Assembly (NCBI GenBank): GCA_018675685.1
Contig: JABGXP010000020.1
Span: 37,680-101,679 of the forward strand
Origin: a bacterium
Lineage (GTDB): Bacteria; Patescibacteriota; Minisyncoccia; Moranbacterales; DUUL01
DNA length: 64,000 bases
Direction of reading: 5' to 3'
The notes beneath the pieces were generated by a model that saw only the letters and a list, made by a program, of their open reading frames with translations, was not told the DNA's origin and ran no database searches. The translations under genes were made by a program, and so were the position numbers. This document shows positions 49,371 to 59,632 of the stretch, in pieces (the first letter of the stretch is position 1; every line of letters begins with the position of its first letter).

Positions 49371-50498
49371 TTAGTTACGCACTTTCATTTTCCAAACTAA
49401 TTTTGTTGCTAATACAAAATTTAGACCTGTTGCGAAGATAATAGCGATAAAAGCTGAAAGAAGATAAAAAATTCCGAAAGATAAACAAAAGCGATAGATT
49501 GCATAGTTAAAGAGCATAACAAAACCAGAAATCAGATAATAATAGATCATCCTACGGATACTTTCCCTTCTTGACTCTGAACGCTTGTCGCTATATGTGA
49601 AAATTGAATTGATAGAGAAATTGGTCAATATTGAAATTAAAATTGCTATAATATAAGCGATTCCATCTTTGTCTTGATGAAAAATCTCAACAAGAAGGGT
49701 GAGAATCCCAAGATTGACAAAAACCCCACTAAGACCAACTAAACAAAATTTTAAAAACCTTCCTGCTTCGGGAAGTGTGCGAAAAATAAACCAAAGATGA
49801 TTAAAGAATTCCAAGCCTTGGGCAATAGTTGCCTTCGAGTCATCATTTTCGCGTGGTAAAAAAGTGTAAGTGATCTCATCAACCTTGCTATATTTAGCGC
49901 GCATTAGAATTTCAACAAGAATCTTGAAACCTTTAGGTTGTAATTTCACTCCTTCGATAATCTCTTTCTTGAAAAGGAAAAACCCTCCCAACGGATCACT
50001 GGTTTTTCTGGTTTGAATAAAGATAATCTGAGTAAAATATTTCACACCCAAAGAAACTGCTCTTCGGTAGACTCCATAGCAAGTCTTCAAACTCCCAAGA
50101 CCTATTGCACTGCCGCCTTTTGCATAGCGAGTTCCTGCAATGATATCTGAATCAGTTCCCAGCGCTTTTTCTAAAAGTTCGATAACCTTTTCTGGAGGAT
50201 GTTGCAAGTCAGCATCAATGCAACAAATATATTTGCCACTAGCTTCCTTGAAGCCAGCAATAAAAGCTGGAGCGAGACCTTTTCTTGGCCCATTAACTAG
50301 TTTAATACGAGAATCTTTCTTTATTTCATTCTTGATGATTTCAGGAGTGTCATCATTACTATCATCAGCAAAAATAATTTCATAATCATACCCTTTCGAC
50401 TGGAAAGAGGAAGTGATTTTCTCGACTAATATTTTCACATTACCTTTTTCATTGAAGGTTGGAAAGATTATCGAAAGAATTTTTTGTCTTGAAGTCAT
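49371..50498 (-). CDS. GT2 polyprenyl-phosphate sugar synthase (DPM1/GtrB-like) with a C-terminal GtrA-like TM domain
   Basis: …ILSIIFPTFNEKGN…YICCIDADLQHPPEKV… GT2 DxD context, plus a C-terminal four-helix hydrophobic domain. Confidence 0.7.
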   Translation of the reverse strand: MTSRQKILSIIFPTFNEKGNVKILVEKITSSFQSKGYDYEIIFADDSNDDTPEIIKNEIKKDSRIKLVNGPRKGLAPAFIAGFKEASGKYICCIDADLQHPPEKVIELLEKALGTDSDIIAGTRYAKGGSAIGLGSLKTCYGVYRRAVSLGVKYFTQIIFIQTRKTSDPLGGFFLFKKEIIEGVKLQPKGFKILVEILMRAKYSKVDEITYTFLPRENDDSKATIAQGLEFFNHLWFIFRTLPEAGRFLKFCLVGLSGVFVNLGILTLLVEIFHQDKDGIAYIIAILISILTNFSINSIFTYSDKRSESRRESIRRMIYYYLISGFVMLFNYAIYRFCLSFGIFYLLSAFIAIIFATGLNFVLATKLVWKMKVRN

Positions 50499-50521
50499 TT
50501 ATTTCTATTTGTAATTTTTTA

Positions 50522-52390
50522 TCATTCCATATTCCTTATTTCTTTGTGTTCCACTCCCTTTTTGTTTCCAACAAAGTCTTTCCAGAAAAGTCTTGGAATT
50601 TTTTCAATTATAATCTCTGGCTCTTTTTTATTTTGAGCAGCTTTGATTGCTTTCATTTTTAAGTGCGCAGTGACTTTTTCTTGATCAATTTTCATTTCAA
50701 AAACCATCAGTTGACCAAATTGTTTTTCAGAAATTTTTGAAAGAAATGGTCGAATTTCTTTTTTGACTGATTTTGTACCACCTCTTTTAGTCACTACAAA
50801 GAAGAGAGTGTTATGACCCTCCAGTTCAGACACTCTATCTGCTAATTTTGATTTTAAAGTGGGGTCCTTTTTTTGAGCTAAGAGATATTTAACGGGAGTT
50901 TTGTATTCGGGCTTGGTGTTAAAGACCACTATTCCTTGATTCCTTTGCTTGTAAAGATGATTAGTGACTCTTTCTAATTGCCCAAGTGTTATCCCGTCTT
51001 GCCTTTTTAGAATAAAAGTTCGGTTTGTTTCGATACTTTTAGTTTGAGAGTCAGCTTGTTCTTTAAACCAAAGTTTAGTTTCACGAATATTTAGTACTAG
51101 GAAAGCAAGAGCAATTAGCCCTACGATAAACCAGTAATACTTGGTAAGTTTTTTATTTTTAAATTCAGCTAAAAAAGAGAACCAAAGCGCTAACATAATA
51201 AAGGGAACTGGGAAGATCGGAGCAAAATAACGAGGACGCAACTGATATGCATTTGGAATTGTGATGATGAAGAACAAACCAGACCATAAGATGAGAATAA
51301 GTAAGAAATTCCTTTTTGAAGATTTCTTTTCTTTTCGGATTTGCCAAAAGGCCAGAAGAAGACTTCCAAATAGCAAAATTGTTCCAAAAGTAACGGTTAT
51401 TGGATCTGCTTTGTTTCCTTGGCGATGACTTTTACCGATAGTAATCAGTGAATATCCTTTGGCTTGTTCTCTGAAATTTCGAACTAATTTCTCCGAAAAA
51501 GTTTTAGTTTTTGATTTCTTCCCAGTCTCAAAAACTTCTTCGTCGATATCAGACCTGTCTGCTACAACTGAGATAAACCTTTTTGTATTATTCCAGTCAG
51601 TTTTTGTTTCGCTTAAAATGACAGGGAGGTAAAGAAATCCAATGATTAAAATGGCCACCAGAGAATAATAAGCAGCACTCTTTGTTAGAAATAATTTCCT
51701 TAAAGAAGTAAATTTTTCTCTAGTAAAAATTGAAGCCTTGCCCTCTAAAATAGCAAAGAAAAGAAGAAAAGCGCCAGAGGTCGCCGTCAGTGAAAAAAGT
51801 CCAAAAAAATGATATTGAGAAGCGATTGCAAAGGCGAATGCCCAAAGAGAAATCCAACCCAACTTATGTTTGAATTTTTTAGCAGCAGTAAATCTTAAGA
51901 GTCCATAGAGCGCAAGCAGGATGAAAAATGGAAGGGAGTTTGGATTCCAAGAAAAACGCGAATGTTGAATAATGATAAAAGAACCAGCATAAAGAGTAGT
52001 CGAGATAAGGGAGAGGTTTCTAGAGAAATAAAGCCTTAAAAATAGAAATAAGAGGGGAATCGTTAAGATTGAAAAAAGCAGATCTGGGTAGGCAAAAACA
52101 TCCGGCGACGTGCTTTGGAAAATTACGCCCGAAAGGTATTGAGTGTAATAATAAGCTGGCCCAAGACGCAAATAATCACCATCGGCCTTTGCAGCTCTTG
52201 GCCCAAGCAAGGGAAGTTCCCCAGGACCATTTTCAATTGCTAAAGAGAGAATAGTCGCGTCACGAGCCTGATCCCATTTAAAAAAAAGCCATTCGTGATA
52301 ATTATATGTTCGCACCCATATTGCCAAAAAAACAATAAGAGAAAGTGCGATTAATGTAAAACGAGCTTTTTTTGTGAGTTTTATTTTCAT
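50522..52390 (-). CDS. GT-C family (ArnT/PMT_2-like) membrane glycosyltransferase, paralog of 47456–49294
   Basis: …DQARD…LPLLGPRAAKADGD…NPNSLPFFILL…, 622 aa, polytopic. Confidence 0.6.
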   Translation of the reverse strand: MKIKLTKKARFTLIALSLIVFLAIWVRTYNYHEWLFFKWDQARDATILSLAIENGPGELPLLGPRAAKADGDYLRLGPAYYYTQYLSGVIFQSTSPDVFAYPDLLFSILTIPLLFLFLRLYFSRNLSLISTTLYAGSFIIIQHSRFSWNPNSLPFFILLALYGLLRFTAAKKFKHKLGWISLWAFAFAIASQYHFFGLFSLTATSGAFLLFFAILEGKASIFTREKFTSLRKLFLTKSAAYYSLVAILIIGFLYLPVILSETKTDWNNTKRFISVVADRSDIDEEVFETGKKSKTKTFSEKLVRNFREQAKGYSLITIGKSHRQGNKADPITVTFGTILLFGSLLLAFWQIRKEKKSSKRNFLLILILWSGLFFIITIPNAYQLRPRYFAPIFPVPFIMLALWFSFLAEFKNKKLTKYYWFIVGLIALAFLVLNIRETKLWFKEQADSQTKSIETNRTFILKRQDGITLGQLERVTNHLYKQRNQGIVVFNTKPEYKTPVKYLLAQKKDPTLKSKLADRVSELEGHNTLFFVVTKRGGTKSVKKEIRPFLSKISEKQFGQLMVFEMKIDQEKVTAHLKMKAIKAAQNKKEPEIIIEKIPRLFWKDFVGNKKGVEHKEIRNME

Positions 52391-52496
52391 GGGTTTTTTG
52401 TGATGTGATGTAAAAAAGAGACACTTTTCATCTTTAGTGTCATTTAAAATTCTTTGTCTGTATAACTATTATAGTCCATCACTTGCTTTTTTCAAG

Positions 52497-53945
52497 CTAC
52501 TTGTTTCTAATACTGTCTCTTAAGAGAAGAAAATCTTTCTTCGAAAGTTCTTTTGTGAAGAATAAGAACACGAAATAAACACCGAGGAGTAAAATAGACC
52601 AAAGAATGAATATGAATTTATGTTGAGAGAGGAAGCTGTCAGCAACCACATAAATAAGCCCACTACCGACAAGGTATTTTAGGACAGAAAAGGGTTTAAA
52701 GAAAGAGGCTAGTTTTCTTTGAACAAAAATAATCATAAGAAGCATGACAACAAAAGATGAAACAGAAGTAGCAATTGCTGCTCCGTTTATTCCATACTCT
52801 TGAATTAAATAATAATTAAGAATCGAATTCAATATCATGCCAAATAGAGCTATCCACATAGGAAACTTATTCTTTCCTGCACCGTTGAGTGCAAAAGCAA
52901 GAATGTAAAAAACAACCAGAAAACCTAGTCCAAATGCTAAAATCGAAAGAGGCGCCCCTGCTAAGATATATTGATTTCCAAAAAATAATTGAGATGCTGA
53001 GGTTGAGAAGAACGACAAAAGTGTGACAGCTGGAATAAGCAAGATGAATAAAAATCGCATTGCAAAAGAAAGGATATTTTTTGTTTTTACTAAGTCTTGT
53101 TTTGAAGTAGCCTCAGATATCTTTGGCAACAGAATTATTGTTAGGAAGTAGAAAGCATAAAAGGGTAGTCTACCAATTGTAAGAGCTGCATTATATAATC
53201 CAGTTAATTCGTCACTTCCCAATAAACCTTTCACCATGTATAAATCAATCGAAATCATTATTTCATAGAAAATCATAAAAAGTGTAATTGGCCAGGCAAA
53301 AGAAAGCATTTTCTGCCAAGATATAGGAGATTTTTTATGAGCCTTTTCTTTCCTGAAGGGATCAAGAAAATATGCAAACACAAACACAGACAGTGGTGCC
53401 AACGCATGACCAACAACAGCACCTTTTGTTGAAAATAAAAAACCAAGCGAAATAATGAAGACAATCTTTACAATCCCTCTATAAAACTTAATAAGAGACT
53501 GAGAATTAAATTTATGAATGCCATTAAAATAATAAACATAGAAACTTGCTAGCGCGAAAGCTGGAATTATTGGTGTTGAAATTTTAAAAAGTTGAACCAA
53601 AGAAGGGTCTCCTAAGAGTTTACCTGCAACAGGCGGTACGATAAAATAATACAAAACAGTTACTATCGAAATAAGAATTGTTTGGACGATTGCTCCTGTT
53701 TTTCGCACAGACAAAATTGTGCCAGCATCTTTCTTACGTACCTCACTGAGATATTTACTCATTGCTACTGGAACGCCCCTTCCAACCAAAACAACAATCA
53801 TTGTCGCAAAAGTGATAATGATTCCATAGCGACCATATTCAGCAGGTCCTAAAAAACGACCTAAAAGAGCATGGACAATATAGCCCGAGAGGTTGAAAAC
53901 TAATTCTGCGATTGTCAGCCAAAAAGAGGCTTTGATTAGGGACAT
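52497..53945 (-). CDS. MOP-superfamily oligosaccharide flippase (Wzx/MurJ-like polysaccharide biosynthesis protein)
   Basis: 482 aa with about 12–14 TM helices. The N-terminus resembles the Wzx-like polysaccharide biosynthesis protein family (…LLGRFLGPAEYGRYG…). Confidence 0.55.
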   Translation of the reverse strand: MSLIKASFWLTIAELVFNLSGYIVHALLGRFLGPAEYGRYGIIITFATMIVVLVGRGVPVAMSKYLSEVRKKDAGTILSVRKTGAIVQTILISIVTVLYYFIVPPVAGKLLGDPSLVQLFKISTPIIPAFALASFYVYYFNGIHKFNSQSLIKFYRGIVKIVFIISLGFLFSTKGAVVGHALAPLSVFVFAYFLDPFRKEKAHKKSPISWQKMLSFAWPITLFMIFYEIMISIDLYMVKGLLGSDELTGLYNAALTIGRLPFYAFYFLTIILLPKISEATSKQDLVKTKNILSFAMRFLFILLIPAVTLLSFFSTSASQLFFGNQYILAGAPLSILAFGLGFLVVFYILAFALNGAGKNKFPMWIALFGMILNSILNYYLIQEYGINGAAIATSVSSFVVMLLMIIFVQRKLASFFKPFSVLKYLVGSGLIYVVADSFLSQHKFIFILWSILLLGVYFVFLFFTKELSKKDFLLLRDSIRNK

Positions 53946-53957
53946 CTTAGTAGTTAT

Positions 53958-54563
53958 TTATATTTTCGATATTTCTTTAATTTTCTTGAAAACTTCGCAG
54001 GCAGTTCCTTCTCCGTTTATAAGCTTAATTTCCCAATGCTTTATGAGGTAGTCAAAGATACATTGTTTATTGATAAGAAATTGCTTTCCTTGTTCAATAT
54101 CACGATCGCGAGAAACTGCGACTTCCGGTGAAACCTCAATGAAAAGTGCAATGTCTGGTTTTTTGATTAATTTTTCAGCAAGTCTTTGCCAGGCAGGAAT
54201 TTTTTCTCCATCATTGATTTTCTCTAAATAGCGAATGTTGACAATTTGATCATAAAAATACCTGTCAGTTAAGAGGTAATCATAACCACTAGATAGTTTC
54301 CTGAAGAGTTGATTGAACCTTGTTGCGTCAATAATAAGAGCTATCTTTCTTAGTGTGATTGTAAAACTATTGGCACTCACAACTGCTCTAGCTGGTTTTG
54401 ATGAATTTTCTTTTCTGCGACCAAGAATTTTTTTGGCAATTGAAAACTCTGTAATATGAAAGCGGGATACTTTTTTATTAGCATCCTTTAAGCTTCTCTC
54501 AAGTTTGTCTAGTTGAGTTGTTTTTCCACTCCCATCTAATCCAGAAATTGTAATAAGCTGCAT
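53958..54563 (-). CDS. tmk: Thymidylate kinase-family P-loop kinase
   Basis: P-loop ISGLDGSGKTTQ and DRY-like motif LLTDRYFYDQ. 201 aa. Confidence 0.55.
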   Translation of the reverse strand: MQLITISGLDGSGKTTQLDKLERSLKDANKKVSRFHITEFSIAKKILGRRKENSSKPARAVVSANSFTITLRKIALIIDATRFNQLFRKLSSGYDYLLTDRYFYDQIVNIRYLEKINDGEKIPAWQRLAEKLIKKPDIALFIEVSPEVAVSRDRDIEQGKQFLINKQCIFDYLIKHWEIKLINGEGTACEVFKKIKEISKI

Positions 54564-54575
54564 ATCGAAAGAGTG

Positions 54576-56066
54576 TTAAGCCATTAATACTGCTACGGGC
54601 ATCATTTTTACCACAGGTTTCACTACCTTATTTGCTTCCATCCCAGCTATTGCAAGTGTTGGATCTTTGTAATGTGAAGCATCTTGATTTTCAATTCCTC
54701 TCGAAGCTCCGTTATAAAGACGTACCTTTCTTTTTTCCATTTTCTTCATTAATTCCTCTCGGTTTTCTGGAACTTTTGATGTTTTATCTTTTGATTTTCC
54801 AGTGCCATGAGCCGCGCTGAAAAATGTTTGTTCATTTTCATCTGTCCCCACTCCAAAATAAGCCTCTGTGCTCATTGATGAGGGCATGAAAATTGGCTCT
54901 CCTGTCTCTTCAAAAAGTTTGTGACCCTTCATTTTCTCTGGTCCGTATGCTCTAGTCGCATTACTTCTGTGAACTATCACATCTTCCCCAAAGTGTTTTT
55001 CTTTTGTTGCTGATACATGAGTCATGTCATAGACAAGTTTCAATGCATTTTTCTCCCCAAGAACTTTTTCAATCGCATTTTTCAGATTATACTGAAGTAA
55101 TGTTCTGTTTGCAAAACCATGATTCGCAGCTGCTCGATGTGCATTGAAGTAGTTTTTCCCAAGTTCTGAATTTGCTTTAATTTTGAAAAATTCCTTCGAA
55201 TCGCTATACTTTGGGATAGCTTCTTTAAGAGTTTTATGCCACTCGGTTTTATTGTCCAAGAAAGTGAGTCTAGAAAATTCAGAAATCAATTTTTGGCTGG
55301 AATGTTCTTTCTTCTTGGGTGTATAGAAATAACTAGCATATTGACCAAAAAGTCCTGATCCGGTATGCATTAAAAAAACATACTGATTTTTATGCAAACC
55401 AAATTTAGAAGCCAAATCCTCATCAACAACATCAGTAATTTTCATCAAGTCCAAGAAGTGATTTCCTGCAGCACCCAAGATCCCTGTTCTTAATTGTGCG
55501 ATATGAAAAAAAAGTTTTGGAATTGCTTTATATAAATCTTTATCTGTTACTCTTTCTTCTCCAAACATATTTCCGCCATGTAAAATTCTATCAACTTCGC
55601 CAGTGTCTTCTTTTAGATACTCTAAGAGAGCAATACTACCACGGCGTGAAATATCCATGATTACTTTATAGGGAAGATAGGTCCCCAAGTAAGTTTTAGT
55701 TGGGATTACATTAATTAATTCCTTGAAAAGTCGATCAATTTTTTCTTCTGTTAGGTCATTAGCATCAAAAGGTGTTGAAATTAAACGCATCCCACAATTC
55801 GGAGCAGTGTCTAATAGTTGTGGCATGAAATAATCCTTAGTAGCAACAACCGTGCCAGAAGGGTTCTTTCTTCCAGGTTTCTGACAAACGTCAGTCAACG
55901 CTGCTACGTGTTGAAATACCTCCTTGTTCTTGGCTACTTCAGCCAATTGATCTATCGTTGCTTGATCTGGCATTAATTCATCAGAAACTCCAAAAGACAC
56001 AGACCCTTTTCCTTCTTTCAAATCCAGAGTTTGTTTGAATTTCGATATTTTTTTAACTGTATTCAT
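54576..56066 (-). CDS. rtcB: RtcB-family RNA ligase homolog (divergent)
   Basis: RtcB-like motifs …DTAPNCGMRL…, …HTGSGLFGQ…, …AAGNHFLDL…, …AAHGTGKSK… 496 aa. Confidence 0.5.
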   Translation of the reverse strand: MNTVKKISKFKQTLDLKEGKGSVSFGVSDELMPDQATIDQLAEVAKNKEVFQHVAALTDVCQKPGRKNPSGTVVATKDYFMPQLLDTAPNCGMRLISTPFDANDLTEEKIDRLFKELINVIPTKTYLGTYLPYKVIMDISRRGSIALLEYLKEDTGEVDRILHGGNMFGEERVTDKDLYKAIPKLFFHIAQLRTGILGAAGNHFLDLMKITDVVDEDLASKFGLHKNQYVFLMHTGSGLFGQYASYFYTPKKKEHSSQKLISEFSRLTFLDNKTEWHKTLKEAIPKYSDSKEFFKIKANSELGKNYFNAHRAAANHGFANRTLLQYNLKNAIEKVLGEKNALKLVYDMTHVSATKEKHFGEDVIVHRSNATRAYGPEKMKGHKLFEETGEPIFMPSSMSTEAYFGVGTDENEQTFFSAAHGTGKSKDKTSKVPENREELMKKMEKRKVRLYNGASRGIENQDASHYKDPTLAIAGMEANKVVKPVVKMMPVAVLMA

Positions 56067-56097
56067 TCGATTGTTTATTTTTCAAAATATATTAAAT

Positions 56098-57276
56098 TTA
56101 ATCTTCTTTATTCAGTAGCTTAGTGTACACTTTTTTGTATTGTTTAACAACATTTCTAATGTCAAATGTGCTATGTGCATAATCCCTAGCATTTTCAGCT
56201 AATCTATTCCGTTTTTTTTCATTTGTTATTAATTCTAGAACCGCATCTCTTAGTTGATTCGGCGCTCCCTTCGAAACAACAAGACCTGTTTCATCATTTT
56301 TTACAAATTCTTTTAAGACATCAATATCAGAAACGATGGTTGCCTTCTTGCAAGCCATCGCTTCAACAATTGCAAGTGGAATATCAAATTTTCCAGCCAT
56401 CTCTTGAACAGGAAAGATGTTGATATCGGAGACATTGAAAAGCCTAGGCATGTTCTCAACTGTTTCTAGAAAAATTATCTTATCAAAATATCCACCTTCC
56501 TTGGCCTCCTTTTTTATAATTCTTTGCTTCTTTGCATCTTCGGGGCATTTTATTCTACAGGCCAAGATAAGCTTCAATTTTTTGGCCTCTTTCTTGTGCT
56601 TTTCAAAAATTTGTTCAAAAGCGGAAATGATATCATCAACTGCCTTTAGTCTGGTATATTCTCCGGCAAATAAAACAATAAATTCATCCTTGCTAATCCC
56701 TAGGCTTTTCATCATCTCATCGTTTTTTTCCTGAGGGAAGAATCTTTCAAGATTAATCCCTGGATAGATAACCTCAATATTATTAACACCAGCATTCTTA
56801 AGCTTACTCTCAGTTATATATGACTGAGCAATGATTTGATCAGCGAAAAGAACCTTTTTTAATTTTTTCGGATCTTCGATGATAGCATCATCTATAGTCG
56901 CCAATGTTTGAAGCGTTTTTGCTTTCGAAAAAAATAATTTAGCGCGAAACAAGAAAGAAGTTAATGGTCTAGGAGTGAAAAGAAAATGCACAATGTCACT
57001 TCCAATTCTAATCCTAAAAAGCCTCTTGATAAGTGATAGCTTTGCTCTGGTGTCAAAAGTAGCTGATTTAAAAATAGGCTCAGCAGTCAACGCCTCCTTT
57101 TGTGCCAAATAACACTTTTGAATTGAGGAAGAATAGTCTTTCGTTGTCAATAGGTGAAAATTAAAAGTTCCATCTGAATTCAAAGCTATATCATACGCAA
57201 GATTTTTAGATGCTTCATCCCAAGGTGGAGCCAGTGGGCGAGTGTATAGCAGAATATGTTTTTTATTATTTTTCAT
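56098..57276 (-). CDS. GT4-family glycosyltransferase
   Basis: C-terminal GT4 E-x7-E region (…IFPVQEMAGKFDIPLAIVEAMA…). Confidence 0.65.
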   Translation of the reverse strand: MKNNKKHILLYTRPLAPPWDEASKNLAYDIALNSDGTFNFHLLTTKDYSSSIQKCYLAQKEALTAEPIFKSATFDTRAKLSLIKRLFRIRIGSDIVHFLFTPRPLTSFLFRAKLFFSKAKTLQTLATIDDAIIEDPKKLKKVLFADQIIAQSYITESKLKNAGVNNIEVIYPGINLERFFPQEKNDEMMKSLGISKDEFIVLFAGEYTRLKAVDDIISAFEQIFEKHKKEAKKLKLILACRIKCPEDAKKQRIIKKEAKEGGYFDKIIFLETVENMPRLFNVSDINIFPVQEMAGKFDIPLAIVEAMACKKATIVSDIDVLKEFVKNDETGLVVSKGAPNQLRDAVLELITNEKKRNRLAENARDYAHSTFDIRNVVKQYKKVYTKLLNKED

Positions 57277-57691
57277 TGGATAATTCGAATTGTTTTTTTA
57301 AAGCACCTTTTTTATCTTTTTCTTCTCCCCATTGGAAGGAAACAGTGTATTTATTTGAAGCATTTTGAGAAGCTTCCTCGATAATTTTTTCACTTGGTTC
57401 AATGATGAAGTTGCTTCTTGCTGCAACTAAGATTTCCTGAAAATCAATTTGCCTATCATTCACAGAAATAGAGACTAGATATTCAATATTTTCTTCCTCT
57501 GAATTTTCAATATTGATCTTAAGGGCCGAAAGATCGCCCTTTTTAATAGACTCCTTTGAATTTAGAAAGCTAAAAACAGAATAACCAACCACAGCTCTTT
57601 TGTTGATCGCTGTTTCTCCGTGCCACAATAAGAATGTGAGTGGAACGAATAAAATAAAAAACATGTATAGTAAAAGAGTTTTATTTTGCAT
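57266..57691 (-). CDS. Hypothetical protein with an N-terminal TM anchor
   Basis: 141 aa with an N-terminal hydrophobic helix. It overlaps neighbouring genes by a few nucleotides, consistent with an operon. Confidence 0.4.
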   Translation of the reverse strand: MQNKTLLLYMFFILFVPLTFLLWHGETAINKRAVVGYSVFSFLNSKESIKKGDLSALKINIENSEEENIEYLVSISVNDRQIDFQEILVAARSNFIIEPSEKIIEEASQNASNKYTVSFQWGEEKDKKGALKKQFELSNEK

Positions 57692-59624
57692 TGTTTTTTT
57701 GATAAATTACAACATTGGGAGAGGTGTATATCTTTGAAAAATTTTCAGATCTTTCAAATTGTGCAGTCTCAAAACCATCCTTCAAGACTATGTACTTAAC
57801 ACCAGTCTCTTTGAAACATTCCTTTCCAATCTCAGAGTGTGGAATTGCAATCATGTCACGTGTGCAAGTTTCCCTTTTCTTTGTTGGGTCTGCGTATCTA
57901 CGCAAGAATGATCGAGAAAGTGGATACTTGTAATCTCTCATAAAAAATAATTTCATCCAAGTATCTCCTTTCAGATAGATATGATCTTTTAATACATTTT
58001 CTTCTTCTTTTGCGATGGAATTGAGGTACCGAGAGGCCCTATATGTTTGCATGACTTCTCTCTCTTCCGCTGGGTCATTTTTGCGCACAGAATCAGAAAT
58101 ATCAGCAAAACCCGAAATCATCCCAGTTCCGATAACAACAAAGAAAAGTATCTGCGCAATCATCGGAGGTGCTTTTTTGAATAATCTTTGAAATACAAAT
58201 GCTATAAAAAAGGCGCTAAAAATTGCTAACGGAAAGGTGATATAACTAACAATTCTACTAGAAATTATATCAACTTTTAAAAGCGCTGGTTTTGTACTCA
58301 TTAAAAATATAGTAAGAAACCAAGAGAATGTTAATGAGATTGAAGCAATTTGTAATATCGTTGTCCTAGAATTCTTCTTTAAGAGCTTCTTACTAGCAAC
58401 AATACTTAAAACTAGGGCTCCAAGAATTGCATAAAAAAGCTTCCAGGCTCCAACACTGAGAGTGATTGCTCCGAAGGGAAGTCCTACACGAGTTGATTTA
58501 CTAGGTGCACCGACTGCTGTGTTCACGGCAGTTTTGTTTAGATATGAAGGTGTGTGAACAAATAATATAAAACAAACAATAATAAGTAATGTGACTAAAT
58601 TCCACTTAGAGAAGAAAACCTTGAAATAGGGGAACACGTTCTTCCAGAGAATAGATAGATTGAATCGATAAACTGAAACTGCAAAAACAAAAAAGATTAC
58701 TAGGAAGCCAAGAAATACATAAAGAAAAATAAAGGTTGAAAGGTGATGAGTGAAGCCTAGTCCTGCTAAACAGAGATAGAAGAGTGTCGCCATGCGAGAA
58801 TCTTTTTTCCTGATAGCCAAAATAAACAGATAGATAGTAATTGGAATGAAAAGATTTCCAATAGTATTCCCAATAACACCACCAGCAATAAATTTTGCTT
58901 GAGGTGAGGATGTTGCATAAAATGTTCCTGCGATGAGCAAGGTGAATAATGCAGAATTTCGCGCAATTTTTTTAGTTGCAAAACCTGCAACTAGAGAATA
59001 AGCACAAACCGAGATAGCAAGTAGAGAAAAAACATTAATTAAAAACAGAACCGAAACAGACATCGAGCTTATATATGAAAAGCCACTTAACATCTGGACA
59101 ACAGCGAAGATAATATGCTCTCCAATAATAAAATCTGGCATCCCATAGCTTGGCAATTGTCCTGTTTCGGAAATTGTTTTAGACCAATAAATATGATGAC
59201 CTAAGTCAGTCGTTTGTGGCACAATCCCATCTGCGAGATAAAATGTTCTTATAATACAACTCAAAGCCAATATACCAAGAAATAAAAAAAGTTGTTTTTT
59301 AGAAAAGCCCCCAAAGCCAGAAGTACTAACTTTGGAAATCTCTCCCAACTTTTGATTTTTTCTAGACAAAAACCAAAAAATAGCAGAGAAAAGAATAAAT
59401 ACAATTAAGAGCGAGGATACAGTCAGCTTGATCGACAAAAAATTCATCGCAATAACTAGAAAATTTGTAATAAGAAGACTGAAACCAAACGAAAGCAAAA
59501 CCCATTCTACAATCGAAAAGTATCTCTTTTGCTCTTTAAAAAGAGTTTTAATGAAAAAATGCCCTGGGATAAACAGGGTTAGAGCAATCGCTATGTAGAA
59601 TTTAAACAAAAGAAGAATTATCAT
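57681..59624 (-). CDS. Large polytopic membrane protein, putative GT-C-type glycosyltransferase or oligosaccharyl-/polymerase-like
   Basis: 647 aa, with more than 12 predicted TM helices followed by a soluble C-terminal domain. It sits inside the glycosylation cluster. Confidence 0.45.
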   Translation of the reverse strand: MIILLLFKFYIAIALTLFIPGHFFIKTLFKEQKRYFSIVEWVLLSFGFSLLITNFLVIAMNFLSIKLTVSSLLIVFILFSAIFWFLSRKNQKLGEISKVSTSGFGGFSKKQLFLFLGILALSCIIRTFYLADGIVPQTTDLGHHIYWSKTISETGQLPSYGMPDFIIGEHIIFAVVQMLSGFSYISSMSVSVLFLINVFSLLAISVCAYSLVAGFATKKIARNSALFTLLIAGTFYATSSPQAKFIAGGVIGNTIGNLFIPITIYLFILAIRKKDSRMATLFYLCLAGLGFTHHLSTFIFLYVFLGFLVIFFVFAVSVYRFNLSILWKNVFPYFKVFFSKWNLVTLLIIVCFILFVHTPSYLNKTAVNTAVGAPSKSTRVGLPFGAITLSVGAWKLFYAILGALVLSIVASKKLLKKNSRTTILQIASISLTFSWFLTIFLMSTKPALLKVDIISSRIVSYITFPLAIFSAFFIAFVFQRLFKKAPPMIAQILFFVVIGTGMISGFADISDSVRKNDPAEEREVMQTYRASRYLNSIAKEEENVLKDHIYLKGDTWMKLFFMRDYKYPLSRSFLRRYADPTKKRETCTRDMIAIPHSEIGKECFKETGVKYIVLKDGFETAQFERSENFSKIYTSPNVVIYQKNNAK

Positions 59625-59632
59625 AATTGATT

